A DNA stretch of 64,000 nt from Acidobacterium sp. (GTDB lineage: Bacteria; Acidobacteriota; Terriglobia; Terriglobales; Acidobacteriaceae). Both the position numbers and the translations under genes were made by a program. This document shows positions 9,554 through 18,735 of the stretch, one piece after another. Below the pieces are notes generated by a model. The model was not told the DNA's origin. It worked only from the letters and a program-made list of their open reading frames with translations, and did no database searches. Position 1 is the stretch's first letter. Every line of letters begins with the position of its first letter. The DNA is taken from positions 46,048-110,047 of the forward strand of contig PMUI01000105.1 in NCBI GenBank assembly GCA_003166955.1. Direction: 5' to 3'.

Positions 9554-10323
9554 TGTGCTCCTCGTGCCGCGTTCGTATTGAGGATGGACTGCTCGCGGGC
9601 AGCGAGCCATTTCTCAAATTCGGCCTGGGGCACGACGCGGAGGCCGGCCTGCATGCGGGAGTGGCCGAGTCCGCAGACTTGCGAGCAGAGGATGACGTAG
9701 TCGCCGGGCGTGGTGGGCGTGAACTGGAGGTCGCCGTCCATGCCTGGGATGGCGTCCTGCTTGAGGCGCATACCGGGGACGAAGAAGCCGTGGATCACGT
9801 CCTGGGAGCGGAGCGTGATGTTGACGGGCTGACCGGCGGGAAGGATGAGGATGGCGGAGACGATGTCGTCGGCGGAGTGCGGGTCGGCGGGATCGAGGCC
9901 GAGGGGATTGCCGGTGGGCGCGCTGACGAGGCCGGGTTTTGTCGCACCGTAGATGGCGTCGGGGCCGGGATAGCGGAAGTACCACTGGAACTGGACTCCG
10001 GTGACTTCGACCTGAATGGGTTGCGCGCTGCCGGGTTGTTCGCGGATTGCGGCCCAGAGTTTGTGGCCGGTGATGTCCATCCCGAGGTAGAGGGCGGTTA
10101 GGGCGATGAGGATCACGAATTCGAAGAGCAGATGCGGACGCAGGTTGGCGCGGGTTCGCGACGCAACGGGGGATTCGGATTTTCGCGCACGGCGAAAGAG
10201 GAATGCGGCGACGATGAGGACGTGGGCGGCGATGCAGAGGCCGACGATGACGGCGAGGTTCCAGGCGAGGAGGTGGTCGAGAGCTACGCCGTGGAGCGCG
10301 CCGTTGGTTGGTAGCCAGTTCAT
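9550..10323 (-). CDS. coxB: Cytochrome c oxidase subunit II (CuA)
   Basis: 257 aa from the ATG at 10323 (MNWLPTNG...). Two N-terminal TM helices and the CuA motif HGFFVPGMR...CSQVCGLGHSRM. The longer ORF-track N-terminus (Arg/Pro-rich) looks non-coding. Confidence 0.9.
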   Translation of the reverse strand: MNWLPTNGALHGVALDHLLAWNLAVIVGLCIAAHVLIVAAFLFRRARKSESPVASRTRANLRPHLLFEFVILIALTALYLGMDITGHKLWAAIREQPGSAQPIQVEVTGVQFQWYFRYPGPDAIYGATKPGLVSAPTGNPLGLDPADPHSADDIVSAILILPAGQPVNITLRSQDVIHGFFVPGMRLKQDAIPGMDGDLQFTPTTPGDYVILCSQVCGLGHSRMQAGLRVVPQAEFEKWLAAREQSILNTNAARGAQ

Positions 10324-10337
10324 CGCGTGAGTCGAGA

Positions 10338-10955
10338 TTAACGCGGATGTTGCTTGAGGTGCGTTCGCACGAGATCGACGAAGCGCTGATGGACTCGGCG
10401 GTCGCTGGAGAGTTCCGGGTGAAAGGTCGCGGCCATGATGTGGCCCTGTTCGACGAGGACGGGGAAGCCGTCGCGTTGGGCGAGGACGGTAACGCCGGCG
10501 CCGGTCTTCGCGATGCGTGGGGCGCGGATATAAACCATTTCGAGCGGACCGCCGGGGAGTTGCGTTTCGCTGGTCTGGATGGCGGAGTCGATTTGGCGGC
10601 CGTAGGCGTTGCGCTCGACGGTGGCGTTGAGGACGCCGAGGCTCTGCTGCGGCGGGTGCGTGACTTCGGTGGCGAGCAGGATGCATCCGGCGCAGGTGCC
10701 GAAGGTGGGCTTGGTGCGGACGAAGTCGCGGAGGGAGGCGAGGAAGCCGTCGCGCTCGAGAAATTTGAGGAAGGTGGTGGATTCTCCGCCGGGGATGATG
10801 AGCCCGTCGATGGAGCTGAGTTCCTCGGGTTTGCGGATGAGGACGGGTTCGGCTCCGGCTTCGCGCAGGGCCTCGGCGTGGGCGTCGTAGTCGCCCTGGA
10901 TGGCGAGCACGCCGATGCGTGACAAGACGTTTTGTTCGGTACCAGGTGACTTCAT
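10338..10955 (-). CDS. pdxT: Pyridoxal 5'-phosphate synthase glutaminase subunit PdxT
   Basis: 205 aa from the ATG at 10955. Motifs: IGVLAIQGDYDAH, GLIIPGGESTT, GTCAG catalytic Cys, FHPELS. Only 14 nt upstream of the coxB start. Confidence 0.9.
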   Translation of the reverse strand: MKSPGTEQNVLSRIGVLAIQGDYDAHAEALREAGAEPVLIRKPEELSSIDGLIIPGGESTTFLKFLERDGFLASLRDFVRTKPTFGTCAGCILLATEVTHPPQQSLGVLNATVERNAYGRQIDSAIQTSETQLPGGPLEMVYIRAPRIAKTGAGVTVLAQRDGFPVLVEQGHIMAATFHPELSSDRRVHQRFVDLVRTHLKQHPR

Positions 10956-11235
10956 CAGAACCAATCGCAGATGAGAAGACGAAAAACGCACTCGCCCAAC
11001 GAGCGAGGAAACTTATTGGTCTGAGGAGTCCCCTGACCCACCCTCACCGCATCCGCCGATCAGCACGTGGTCGTGACAATGATTTGTGCGCCGTACGATT
11101 GTGACTGTGCGGAGCCTACCCTGTGCAATGCGGGACTCGAACCCGTCGGCGCCGGCTCATCAGCGCCGCCCGGAGTGCCAGTTTTACCCCTGGCAGGGCT
11201 TGTGCTCGCTTCGGAGGATGTGGCTACCAACTGCC

Positions 11236-11691
11236 TCAGACCAATTCTGTTTTCCAGTTTAGTTCCTGGATGGCTGTGTCGAGTTCGCGATAATGCTTCG
11301 CGAGCTGATCGACCTGCTTTTGCGTCTCGCTGACAGACACGGTCGCGACGAATTTGACTTCTGATTTTGAATAACGATCCTGGCGCGTGCTGGCAGCTTC
11401 CGCAATGGCGGCGAGGAAATCCCGTCGCTTGCCGGTGACGTCACGGTCGGCGATGGCGTCGGAGAGAGTCGTCTCCTTATCGAAGGCCGTGCGCGAATTG
11501 GTGCGATTGATCGCGCTGATCAATTCCAAAAGTCTGGCGAAGAGTTTCTCCGACTCCAGCAGCAAGGATGCCGAATCCTCGGCGGGCTGTTCGCCCTCCT
11601 GCACACGGGCCGAGCGGGCGAGCCTCTTCTTCAGATCTTCGATTCTTACCTGACAGTCGCTACGTTCTGCCAGGGCTTCCGCGAGTTTCAT
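11236..11691 (-). CDS. DIP1984 (septicolysin-like) family protein
   Basis: 151 aa. MKLAEALAERSDCQVRIEDLKKRL...RVQEGEQPAED...INRTN...RYSKSEVKFV...ELDTAIQELNWKTELV fits my recollection of this family. Confidence 0.7.
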   Translation of the reverse strand: MKLAEALAERSDCQVRIEDLKKRLARSARVQEGEQPAEDSASLLLESEKLFARLLELISAINRTNSRTAFDKETTLSDAIADRDVTGKRRDFLAAIAEAASTRQDRYSKSEVKFVATVSVSETQKQVDQLAKHYRELDTAIQELNWKTELV

Positions 11692-11780
11692 ACGTGCTTC
11701 CTTTCGCCGCTGGCAGAGCTGCCAGTCGCGTCCACTGACTCATTTTCGAATTTGCGGCGAAGCCGCGCCCGCCCGAACGG

Positions 11781-12749
11781 CTAGTTCCCGCGGGTTTGGA
11801 GCAACTGATTCTCTTCCAGCGCTGCGGCCGCGAGGCCCTTCATGGTGCCTGTGACCTGTTCGGAAACTTCGGCCAGGATCTTTGGATCGTTGTAGTGCGT
11901 GGTGGCGATGACGATCGCCTTGGCGCGCGAGACGGCTTCTTCGCGTTCCTTCGGATTGTTCTCGACGTCCAGCGGAGTGGCGCGTTCCTTCATGAAAATC
12001 CCCGAGCCAACGAAGATAGCCTCCGCGCCCAGTTGCATCATCAGGGCGGCGTCTGCGGGCGTCGCAATGCCGCCGGCGGAGAAGTTAGGGACGGGCAGCT
12101 TGCCCGCTTGCGCGACCATGCGGATCAGTTCGTAGGGCGCCTGGTGCTCTTTGGCCGCCGCGTACAGTTCCTGGTCGGAGAGAACGGTGAGCGCCCTCAT
12201 TTCCCGGGTGATCTGACGCATGTGCTGCACCGCATGGACGACGTCGCCGGTGCCGGCTTCGCCCTTGGTGCGGATCATGGCAGCACCTTCAGCGATGCGG
12301 CGGAGAGCCTCGCCGAGGTTGCGCGCGCCGCAGACGAACGGCGTGGTGAAGGCGTGCTTGTCGATGTGGTGCGCCTCGTCAGCCGGAGTCAGGACTTCAC
12401 TTTCATCGATGAAGTCCACGCCGAGTTGCTGGAGGATCTGGGCTTCGGCGAAATGACCGATGCGCGCCTTGGCCATCACCGGGATCGAAACCGTGTCGAT
12501 GATCTCTTTGATGAGTTTCGGACTGGCCATACGAGCCACGCCGCCCTCGGCGCGGATCATGGCGGGCACGCGCTCCAGAGCCATGACGGAAACGGCCCCG
12601 GCCTCTTCGGCAATCCGTGCCTGCTCCACATTCATGACGTCCATGATGACGCCGCCCTTGAGCATCTCGGCGAGGCCGACCTTGAGGCGGAGAGTGGTGC
12701 TGGAGTTGGCCGGGTTGTGACCGTTCTTGCCGTTATGAACTTCTGCCAT
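11781..12749 (-). CDS. pdxS: Pyridoxal 5'-phosphate synthase lyase subunit PdxS
   Basis: 322 aa from the ATG at 12749 with AGGAG 6 nt upstream. Motifs: [38 protein letters not shown]. Confidence 0.95.
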   Translation of the reverse strand: MAEVHNGKNGHNPANSSTTLRLKVGLAEMLKGGVIMDVMNVEQARIAEEAGAVSVMALERVPAMIRAEGGVARMASPKLIKEIIDTVSIPVMAKARIGHFAEAQILQQLGVDFIDESEVLTPADEAHHIDKHAFTTPFVCGARNLGEALRRIAEGAAMIRTKGEAGTGDVVHAVQHMRQITREMRALTVLSDQELYAAAKEHQAPYELIRMVAQAGKLPVPNFSAGGIATPADAALMMQLGAEAIFVGSGIFMKERATPLDVENNPKEREEAVSRAKAIVIATTHYNDPKILAEVSEQVTGTMKGLAAAALEENQLLQTRGN

Positions 12750-12895
12750 GTGGGGCTCCTGTGATCCGCTGTGCATCGGTAGGTGATTCGGATCCCATAT
12801 CTCAAAATCGAGACACGGGGCACCCAGCGGAATTTGTTCCGAAATTCAAGTTTATCAAGGTTGACTTAGAGTGATGCGGTCGAACTGCACGCCGA

Positions 12896-13345
12896 TCATT
12901 GCTGCGCTTGCCGGGACTTTACCTTTGCGAGCAGGTCAGGGGTGATGGTGACGAAGACGGCTTTGCCGGTGGCGAGGATGTTTCCGGCGGCGTCGGCGAG
13001 CCGGGCTTCGATGTGATGGCGGCGGCCGGTGGTTCCGGTGTGGAGGGCGGTGAGGGTGAGCGGGACGTTGAGGGGGACGGGGCGGAGATAGTCGACTTCG
13101 AGATGACGGGTCATGGCGAGGATGCCGCGGGCGCGGTTTGACTTGCTCATGGCTTCATCGAGGAGAGTGGCAATGATGCCGCCATGAGCGTGGCCGGGAG
13201 GTCCGGCGAAGCGGGCAGCAAGGCGGAGGTGGCAAGTGATGTTGTGGTCGTCGTCGGCGAAGAATTTCAGGCGGAGGCCGGTGCGATTTTCGAGTCCGCA
13301 GCCAAAGCAGTGGTTGAGGGCACCGTGGGCGAGGGGAATCTGCAC
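12896..13345 (-). CDS. PaaI/hotdog-fold thioesterase family protein
   Basis: 149 aa, GTG start. Hotdog pattern NHCFGCG...GHAHGGIIATLLDEAM. Confidence 0.7.
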   Translation of the reverse strand: MQIPLAHGALNHCFGCGLENRTGLRLKFFADDDHNITCHLRLAARFAGPPGHAHGGIIATLLDEAMSKSNRARGILAMTRHLEVDYLRPVPLNVPLTLTALHTGTTGRRHHIEARLADAAGNILATGKAVFVTITPDLLAKVKSRQAQQ

Positions 13346-13394
13346 AGGACAGATTACAGGGCACAGGTTACGGGTTACAGCGTTCGGCGCTCAG
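13343..13394 (+). repeat. Heptanucleotide-periodic intergenic repeat
   Basis: cacagga cagatta cagggca caggtta cgggtta cagcgtt cggcgct cag. Fills the 45-nt spacer between the methyltransferase stop and the thioesterase start. Confidence 0.75.
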
Positions 13395-13966
13395 AGGACC
13401 CACGGGATGAGAGCGGCGCTATGGCGGGAATAGTCGGCGTAGGTCTCGCCGAACTGGGTGCGCATCCACTGCTCTTCGAGGCGGAGCTTGTACCAGAGGG
13501 AGAGAAAGATGAAGGCGAAGGCGAGCAGGGCACGGAACTGGGTCACGGCGAGGGCGGTGCCGAGGAATCCGATGAGTATGCCGGTATAGATGGGGTGGCG
13601 GACCAGCGCGTACGGGCCGGTGGTGATGAGCTCGTGGTTCTGCTTGATGGTGACGGAGCGGCTCCAGTTGGCGCCGAGGGTGACGCGTGCCCAGACGGCG
13701 AAGAGCAGGCCGGCCAGGGTGACGGCGGCTCCGAGGAAGAAGGCCCACGCAGACTGGGGAAGAAAGTGCCGGTAGAGCCACAGGATGGGAAGGCGCGGCC
13801 AACCGCACATCAACAGAATTCCGGCGAGCAGCAGAACGGTGCGGAACACGCCTGAGGCGACCGATTCGATGCGCTGATTGGCTTTTGCGCCGGCCGCCGC
13901 GATCTGCCAGTAGACGAGAAAGGCGATCCAGACAACAGGAAAATACCAGATGTAAATCCATCGCAT
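13391..13966 (-). CDS. Isoprenylcysteine carboxyl methyltransferase (ICMT/PEMT-like) family membrane protein
   Basis: 191 aa, polytopic. Motif LITTGPYALVRHPIYTGILIGFLG. Confidence 0.75.
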   Translation of the reverse strand: MRWIYIWYFPVVWIAFLVYWQIAAAGAKANQRIESVASGVFRTVLLLAGILLMCGWPRLPILWLYRHFLPQSAWAFFLGAAVTLAGLLFAVWARVTLGANWSRSVTIKQNHELITTGPYALVRHPIYTGILIGFLGTALAVTQFRALLAFAFIFLSLWYKLRLEEQWMRTQFGETYADYSRHSAALIPWVL

Positions 13967-13975
13967 GGGGAGATT

Positions 13976-14449
13976 TTACGCAGGGGGAGTGGGGTTGGTT
14001 CCGGGTACAACAGTGGCGAGATGGAGCGAGTGAGTGGCGTGGGGATCGTCGATGGGGAGGAAGCCGAGCCGTTCGTAAAGGCGCGCGGCGGCAGGATTTT
14101 CAGCGCGGAGGCGAAGTCCGGAAAAGTGACAGCGGGCGTGGTCGATGAGGGCCGTGACGAGGGCTCGTCCGACGCCTTTGTTTCGCCATGCCGAGCGGAC
14201 GTAGACGCGGCGGATGCGGCCGATGCTGGGATCGCCCACGAAGGGGTCGCGATTGAGCCCGCCGACGGCGATGAGGACATCGTTATCGAACGCGCCCAGG
14301 AAGATTTCTCCGGGTTGGTCGAAGCGATTCTCGCCGCTTCGCCAGTCGTGAAGAAGCCTGTCGAGGAAGTTGTAGCCCTCGGGGCGGGCTTCGGCCTCGA
14401 GTTCTTCAATCCCGGAGGCCGGGATTTCGATCCTTCGGAATGTCGGCAC
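13976..14449 (-). CDS. GNAT family N-acetyltransferase
   Basis: 157 aa, GTG start. Acetyl-CoA motif RRVYVRSAWRNKGVGRALV...YERLGF. Confidence 0.8.
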   Translation of the reverse strand: MPTFRRIEIPASGIEELEAEARPEGYNFLDRLLHDWRSGENRFDQPGEIFLGAFDNDVLIAVGGLNRDPFVGDPSIGRIRRVYVRSAWRNKGVGRALVTALIDHARCHFSGLRLRAENPAAARLYERLGFLPIDDPHATHSLHLATVVPGTNPTPPA

Positions 14450-14458
14450 CGCTACGTT

Positions 14459-15085
14459 TCAGCGGTCCGCTTTGGAGAGCTGGGCGATAGTCATCAGTCC
14501 GCCGGCGACAATCGCGCAGTAGCCGAGGCTGACGACCCAGAAGCCGACGCCGGCCACGGAGCGGACGGTGGAGGCGAAGAGCAGCGCCAGCAGGGTTCCT
14601 GGGCCGACCATAGAGCCGATCATGACCTGGATTCCGCTGAGGAGCATCTTGCGTGCGTAGTTTGCCGTGCGAGCGAGATAGACGAGGGCTCCGGAGGCGA
14701 TGGCGCCGAGCAGGATGAAATAGACGGCTCCGGCAAACTTGCCGAGACCCATGAGCGAGAGGCTGGACGATGGGATTCCCGATCCGCCGGTAGGGTCGGG
14801 CACGGCCATGGCGGCGAGGTCGCCGAGGCCGGGGATGGCGATGAACGGGAGGAAGAATCCGATCAACGCCACAACCGCTCCGGCTCCGATGATTTTTTCG
14901 GGGAGAGTGAGGGCGGCGAGGAAAGAGGTGGCCATCTTGCCGGCGTTGGCGGCTGCGGAAGGGGCAGCGGGAGCGGAGGCCTGGATGGGTGCGGCAGGCG
15001 CGGCGGCTTGCTGTAGTGGGACTCCGCAATACGTGCAGAACGCGACGGTAGCGGCGTTTTCTTTACCGCAGGCGGGACAAAACAT
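14459..15085 (-). CDS. Zinc-ribbon domain-containing membrane protein
   Basis: 208 aa. N-terminal MFCPACGKEN...CTYCG zinc ribbon, an Ala/Pro linker, then about 5 TM helices. Confidence 0.55.
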   Translation of the reverse strand: MFCPACGKENAATVAFCTYCGVPLQQAAAPAAPIQASAPAAPSAAANAGKMATSFLAALTLPEKIIGAGAVVALIGFFLPFIAIPGLGDLAAMAVPDPTGGSGIPSSSLSLMGLGKFAGAVYFILLGAIASGALVYLARTANYARKMLLSGIQVMIGSMVGPGTLLALLFASTVRSVAGVGFWVVSLGYCAIVAGGLMTIAQLSKADR

Positions 15086-15232
15086 GGAGATTCTCCTTTG
15101 CGAGTGCGCTGCCGGATGACGGACAAATTCAGAAAACCGAGTCAGACGCCGAGGGCGCCGAGGCGCCGACCCGAGTCAGGTGCGTCAAGTTACTGCACAG
15201 GGGCCCGGAACTCAATGGGGAAAGGTGCCCCA

Positions 15233-15262
15233 CTATAGTCAGCGTCGCGGCGGGGTGTCAAG
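15233..15262 (-). promoter_or_regulatory. Sigma-70-like promoter (TTGACA-18 nt-TATAGT) upstream of the zinc-ribbon/GNAT/ICMT/thioesterase gene string
   Basis: Minus strand: TTGACA (15262..15257), 18-nt spacer, TATAGT (15238..15233). About 140-nt leader to the ATG at 15085, containing two CTGACTCGG direct repeats. Confidence 0.45.
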
Positions 15263-15285
15263 GAAATCGTTCAAGCCGGGGCGTG

Positions 15286-17136
15286 TCAGTGCGCAGAGGC
15301 GGTGGTGGGTTTCGGCGCGGGGATGGGCAGGGGGAGTTCGAGGGTCCCCATGTGGCCAGAGGCGGGATCGTAGACGCCGACGCGGAGGAAGACTTGTCCG
15401 GCGGGGACGTCGATGACCTGGTGGTACTGCAGTCCGATCTGCCCGGATTGATGGTATTGCTGCGGCGTGATGGTGAAGGCGTGGGAGACACCGGTGGCGG
15501 TGAGGAGTTTGCCATCGGGGTCCCAGGTGCTGGCGGCGACGACGATGGTGCCGTGGCGGGCGCCGTTGGGCAAAGGGCTGAGGTCGAGCGGGCGGGGATC
15601 GATGGCGTAGTCGATGGAATAGCGGGTGAGCGGACCTTTGAGCGGCGGTTTGTGGTCAGGAATGGGGATCGACGGCGGCTGCGGATCGGCGGGGAAGACG
15701 CGGGCTTCGAAGATGATTTGCGTGGCTGCCGGAACGCCGCGATGCATGGCGGCAGCGAAGACGAGTCGCTGACCCGCGGAGCCGCGATCCTGCGGAGCGG
15801 AGCGATCGTCGGCGTAGTAAGAGCGGCGATAGAAGAGCTGGGCCTTGAGTTTGGGCTTGCCGCGGACGAGGCGAATGTCGATGTGGCGCAGGCGGCCGTC
15901 GAAGTTTCGGTTGGTGGGGACGTAAGCGATCGTATAGAAGTTGGACCCGTCGTCGACCGCATCGGCCATGGCTTCTTTGAAGCCGTTGTCGTCATAGACG
16001 GCGCGGCCGCCGGTTTCTTTGGCGAGGACATCCATGGTGCCGTGCTCGGCGAACCTCTGGGCGGCGAGCATGGCGGTGTCCTGCGCGGGGCTGGTGGCGG
16101 TGACACCATTGACGAAGCGGGCGTAGTCGCCCTGCTGGTCGGCGGTGAACATGTTGGCAACGAGGACACCGCGGGCGTCCACCGGATACACTGCGACGCG
16201 CGCGGCGGTGAGCAGATCGATGGCGGAGCGGAGGACGTCGTTGGAGTCGCGAACGGGAAGGGCCTGTCCACTGTTGTCGGTGTGGAATGGATTGCGCTCG
16301 GTGGCGAAAAACTGGAGCGGGAAGGAGCCGGAAAACCAGACGAGGTTCTTGCGGCCCGGGATGCCGGTCAGATAGCGGGCGAGCTGCTCCATGGCCTCGA
16401 TGGTAAGGGCGATGCGCTGGCCCGTCTCGGCTGCGTCGTCGTTTTGCACGAAGTTGGTATAGCTGTCCATGAGCATGGGAGGAGCGCCGGCTTCGGCCAT
16501 CCAGGCGAGCGAGTTGCGCTCGTCGGCTATCTGGCTTTTGGGGATGGTCATAGCGCCCGGCGCGGCGGCGTCTTTCCTGTCGAGCGCCGCGAGCAGAAGG
16601 CTGACGTCGTCGGTGAACCCCTGAAGCAGACGAAGCTGGCCGCCGAGCGTGAAAACGGCGATGCGACGGCCGGCGGGAAGGTTCTTCAGATAGCGGATCA
16701 TCTCTCGGCGGACATAGAGCTGATCTGCGGCCTCGGTGTTGAGGCCGTCGAGAAGGAGGACCGTGACGGAGTCGGTGACGTGCGTGACGGGGAGGTTAGT
16801 GAAGGTGTCGGCCGGGAGAGGCGGCGGGCGCGGAAGAGCGCTGGCCAGAGCTGCATCGCTGGAAAAGTGGGGCTCGAAAACCGTGAGGGTTTGCGGGTGG
16901 CCGTCTTCGAGGACGGTGAAGTCTTCTTTGGTGAGTCCGCGGACCGGCTGACTGTGGTCCCGCACGACGACGTCAACGGTGACCAGATGGGTGGTGACGG
17001 TGATGCTGGGTCGTTGGGTGGCGGGTTGTGCAGATGGGGTTTGGGCTGGCGTTTGGGCGGGAGTCTGTGCATGTACAGCAGGGGCGGAGCAGGCGAGGAG
17101 CGCGAGCAGCAGCGGAAGGGAGAAAGGGCGATACAT
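15286..17136 (-). CDS. VWA domain-containing secreted protein (acidobacterial VWFA-related family)
   Basis: 616 aa. Signal peptide, then ITVTTHLVTVDVVVRDHSQPVRGLTKEDFTVLEDGHPQ, characteristic of the TIGR03436-type family, followed by a VWA-like region. Confidence 0.8.
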   Translation of the reverse strand: MYRPFSLPLLLALLACSAPAVHAQTPAQTPAQTPSAQPATQRPSITVTTHLVTVDVVVRDHSQPVRGLTKEDFTVLEDGHPQTLTVFEPHFSSDAALASALPRPPPLPADTFTNLPVTHVTDSVTVLLLDGLNTEAADQLYVRREMIRYLKNLPAGRRIAVFTLGGQLRLLQGFTDDVSLLLAALDRKDAAAPGAMTIPKSQIADERNSLAWMAEAGAPPMLMDSYTNFVQNDDAAETGQRIALTIEAMEQLARYLTGIPGRKNLVWFSGSFPLQFFATERNPFHTDNSGQALPVRDSNDVLRSAIDLLTAARVAVYPVDARGVLVANMFTADQQGDYARFVNGVTATSPAQDTAMLAAQRFAEHGTMDVLAKETGGRAVYDDNGFKEAMADAVDDGSNFYTIAYVPTNRNFDGRLRHIDIRLVRGKPKLKAQLFYRRSYYADDRSAPQDRGSAGQRLVFAAAMHRGVPAATQIIFEARVFPADPQPPSIPIPDHKPPLKGPLTRYSIDYAIDPRPLDLSPLPNGARHGTIVVAASTWDPDGKLLTATGVSHAFTITPQQYHQSGQIGLQYHQVIDVPAGQVFLRVGVYDPASGHMGTLELPLPIPAPKPTTASAH

Positions 17137-17198
17137 GACGGGACGGCGGTAAGGGAATCGTACAACGGGAGGGTGTGTTGGCTGGAGTGCTGCTGCGT

Positions 17199-18062
17199 CT
17201 ACGCGCGTGGCGCGGGGGATTGCAGGTCGCGCCAGGAGGCGAGGGGGATATTGGGGAGGAGTTCGAGGAGCGCCTGGTGCTCGGCGGCGCGGGAAGCGCG
17301 GAGGCGTGTGCGGACCTGGTCCAGAGCGGCGTCGGGATAGCCGGGGTGGCAGACGAGTTCCCAGGTCTGGTTGGGGTTCTGGGGTAACGCGGCGAGCAGG
17401 CTGCGTAGGGTTTCCCTGACGTTGAGGGTGCCGGTGGCGAGGACGCCGATGGTGCCGCTGGTAGTGGCGAGACCTGAGGCGTGGACGGCCCGCTGGAAGG
17501 CTCGGTGCTGGGATCGCAGAGCGACGACGGCCGCACGGCGGAGGTAGGTTGCCGATCCGCGGGTCGCGCGGAGGGCCCAGTCCGGCTCGAAGGGATTGCG
17601 AATGGCGGGGATCTGACAGATCTGAGCGGCGGCGAGGAGCGGGCGCAGGATTCCGGAGAACAGATGCGTGTGCTTGTGGGTGTCGATGTGCGAGACGCGA
17701 ATGCCCGCGGCCTGCAGGCGGCGGATTTGCGCGGTGGCTTCGGCGGTGATTTCCGCGGCGCGGATGCGGAAGGTGAAGAGGTCGCGGACGAAGGCGATCA
17801 ACGTGGGGCGAAAGGACCGGCCGTTGGGGCAGAGGGTGGGGATTTGTTCAGGCGGCAGGGCGGGGATGCCGTCGACGAGGAGGATGTGGCAGCCGATTTC
17901 GAGGTCTGGGTTGGCGTGGGCGGTGGCGACGGCGTCGTCGAAGAAGGCTCCGGTGGCCATGAGGGTGGCGGAGGAGAGCGCGTGGGCGCGGTGGAGTTCG
18001 GCGATGGAGCGGTTGACGCCGGGAGTGAGGCCGAAGTCGTCGGCGTTGACGAGGAGGGGCAC
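17199..18062 (-). CDS. ChbG/HpnK (YdjC-like) family carbohydrate deacetylase
   Basis: About 287 aa from the in-frame GTG at 18062 (PLLVNADDFGLTPGVNRSIAELH...GCHILLVDG...HIDTHKHTH). The upstream part of the ORF-track frame is low-complexity and non-homologous. Confidence 0.75.
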   Translation of the reverse strand: MPLLVNADDFGLTPGVNRSIAELHRAHALSSATLMATGAFFDDAVATAHANPDLEIGCHILLVDGIPALPPEQIPTLCPNGRSFRPTLIAFVRDLFTFRIRAAEITAEATAQIRRLQAAGIRVSHIDTHKHTHLFSGILRPLLAAAQICQIPAIRNPFEPDWALRATRGSATYLRRAAVVALRSQHRAFQRAVHASGLATTSGTIGVLATGTLNVRETLRSLLAALPQNPNQTWELVCHPGYPDAALDQVRTRLRASRAAEHQALLELLPNIPLASWRDLQSPAPRA

Positions 18063-18067
18063 GAAAA

Positions 18068-18094
18068 TCAGCGTACAGCGTTCAACGTTCAGGA
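18068..18094 (+). repeat. Heptanucleotide-periodic repeat
   Basis: tcagcgt acagcgt tcaacgt tcagga. Spans the junction between the DUF4254 stop and the hpnK-like start. Confidence 0.65.
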
Positions 18095-18699
18095 GCGCTG
18101 CCGTAGATCGCCGGGTTGAGGGTGGGGTCGTTGTACATCTTGAGCTGGCGGTAGATTTTGAAGCGACGCTTGCCCTGGAGGACATCGGACCAGAGCGCGT
18201 CGAGGCAGGCGACGAGGTCGTCGCGCTGTTCGGTGAGGTGGTCGAGTCGCTGGCGGTTGCGGTCGGTGTGGCCCGTAGGCGCATTGGGGCGGTCGATTTC
18301 TTCCTCGGTGTGGAAGATTTTGAGGGCGAGGATGGAGAGGCGGTCGATCATCAGACCGGGGCTCTCAGAGTTAAGGTCAGCTCCAGGGTTGGGCAGGTTC
18401 GTCGGGCGGAGAGCTTCAAGGAGCATCGCGTCGCATTGTTCGGCGAGATCGTTGCGGGTCTGGTTGAAGCGGTCGATGGCGCGTTTGACCTCGGCGATGT
18501 CTGCGTCGGTGGCGCGGGGGGCGCGGGCGCGGTCTTCAACGTGCCAGAGGTCGAAGTTGGCGTGGTGCTGGGCTGCGACCGTGTCGTAAAAGGGCTCCCC
18601 GGCTGAGACGATGTTGAAGGAGTCATCGTGCCACAGGCGGGTGACGCGGTCCTGGAGGGCAGCGATTTCGACGGCGGAGAAGTGGAAGGGTGCTGGCAT
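18082..18699 (-). CDS. DUF4254 domain-containing protein
   Basis: 205 aa from the ATG at 18699 inside ORF 18082..19821. HHANFDLWHVEDRARAP...IAEVKRAIDRFNQTRNDLAEQCD matches the DUF4254 signature as I recall it. Confidence 0.7.
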   Translation of the reverse strand: MPAPFHFSAVEIAALQDRVTRLWHDDSFNIVSAGEPFYDTVAAQHHANFDLWHVEDRARAPRATDADIAEVKRAIDRFNQTRNDLAEQCDAMLLEALRPTNLPNPGADLNSESPGLMIDRLSILALKIFHTEEEIDRPNAPTGHTDRNRQRLDHLTEQRDDLVACLDALWSDVLQGKRRFKIYRQLKMYNDPTLNPAIYGSAPER

Positions 18700-18735
18700 G
18701 CGTCGTTCGAGGCTATGGTAGAACACGAGTGACCG

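Noticed and set aside
9550-10686. Extended N-termini in the ORF track for coxB (to 10686), ctaD (to 9610), cox III (to 7880), the kinase (to 59076), the beta-lactamase-like gene (to 50793), the CsgG-like gene (to 37958), the SurA-like gene (from 59752) and the deacetylase (from 58192)
   Set aside because: The extra residues are Arg/Pro-rich or overlap upstream genes. Internal ATG/GTG codons sit right before signal peptides or conserved N-termini, several with ATGA coupling or SD-like sequences. The shorter starts were therefore used.
10982-11007. Terminator-like hairpin (CTCGC-N7-GCGAG then TGCGTTTTT on the minus strand) 27 nt upstream of pdxT
   Set aside because: The stem is only 5 bp and a 4-nt gap separates it from the T-run. 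That is too weak to call, though it may act as an attenuator between the DIP1984 gene and pdxT.
11126-11175. tRNA-like T-arm on the minus strand (ACGGGTTCGAGTCCCGC) next to a CTGATGAG string (hammerhead-core-like) in the pdxT/DIP1984 spacer
   Set aside because: I could not build an acceptor stem, D arm or a 5-7-5 anticodon arm around it. The only nearby helix is CGGCGC/GCGCCG with a 10-nt loop. The hammerhead GAAA element and stems II/III are absent. It may be a tRNA-gene remnant, but it is not a supportable RNA gene.
12829-12847. Inverted repeat GAATTT-N6-AAATTC upstream of pdxS as a possible operator
   Set aside because: It is only 6 bp per arm in a relatively AT-rich spacer, which is easily a chance occurrence. 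No known regulator motif was recognised.
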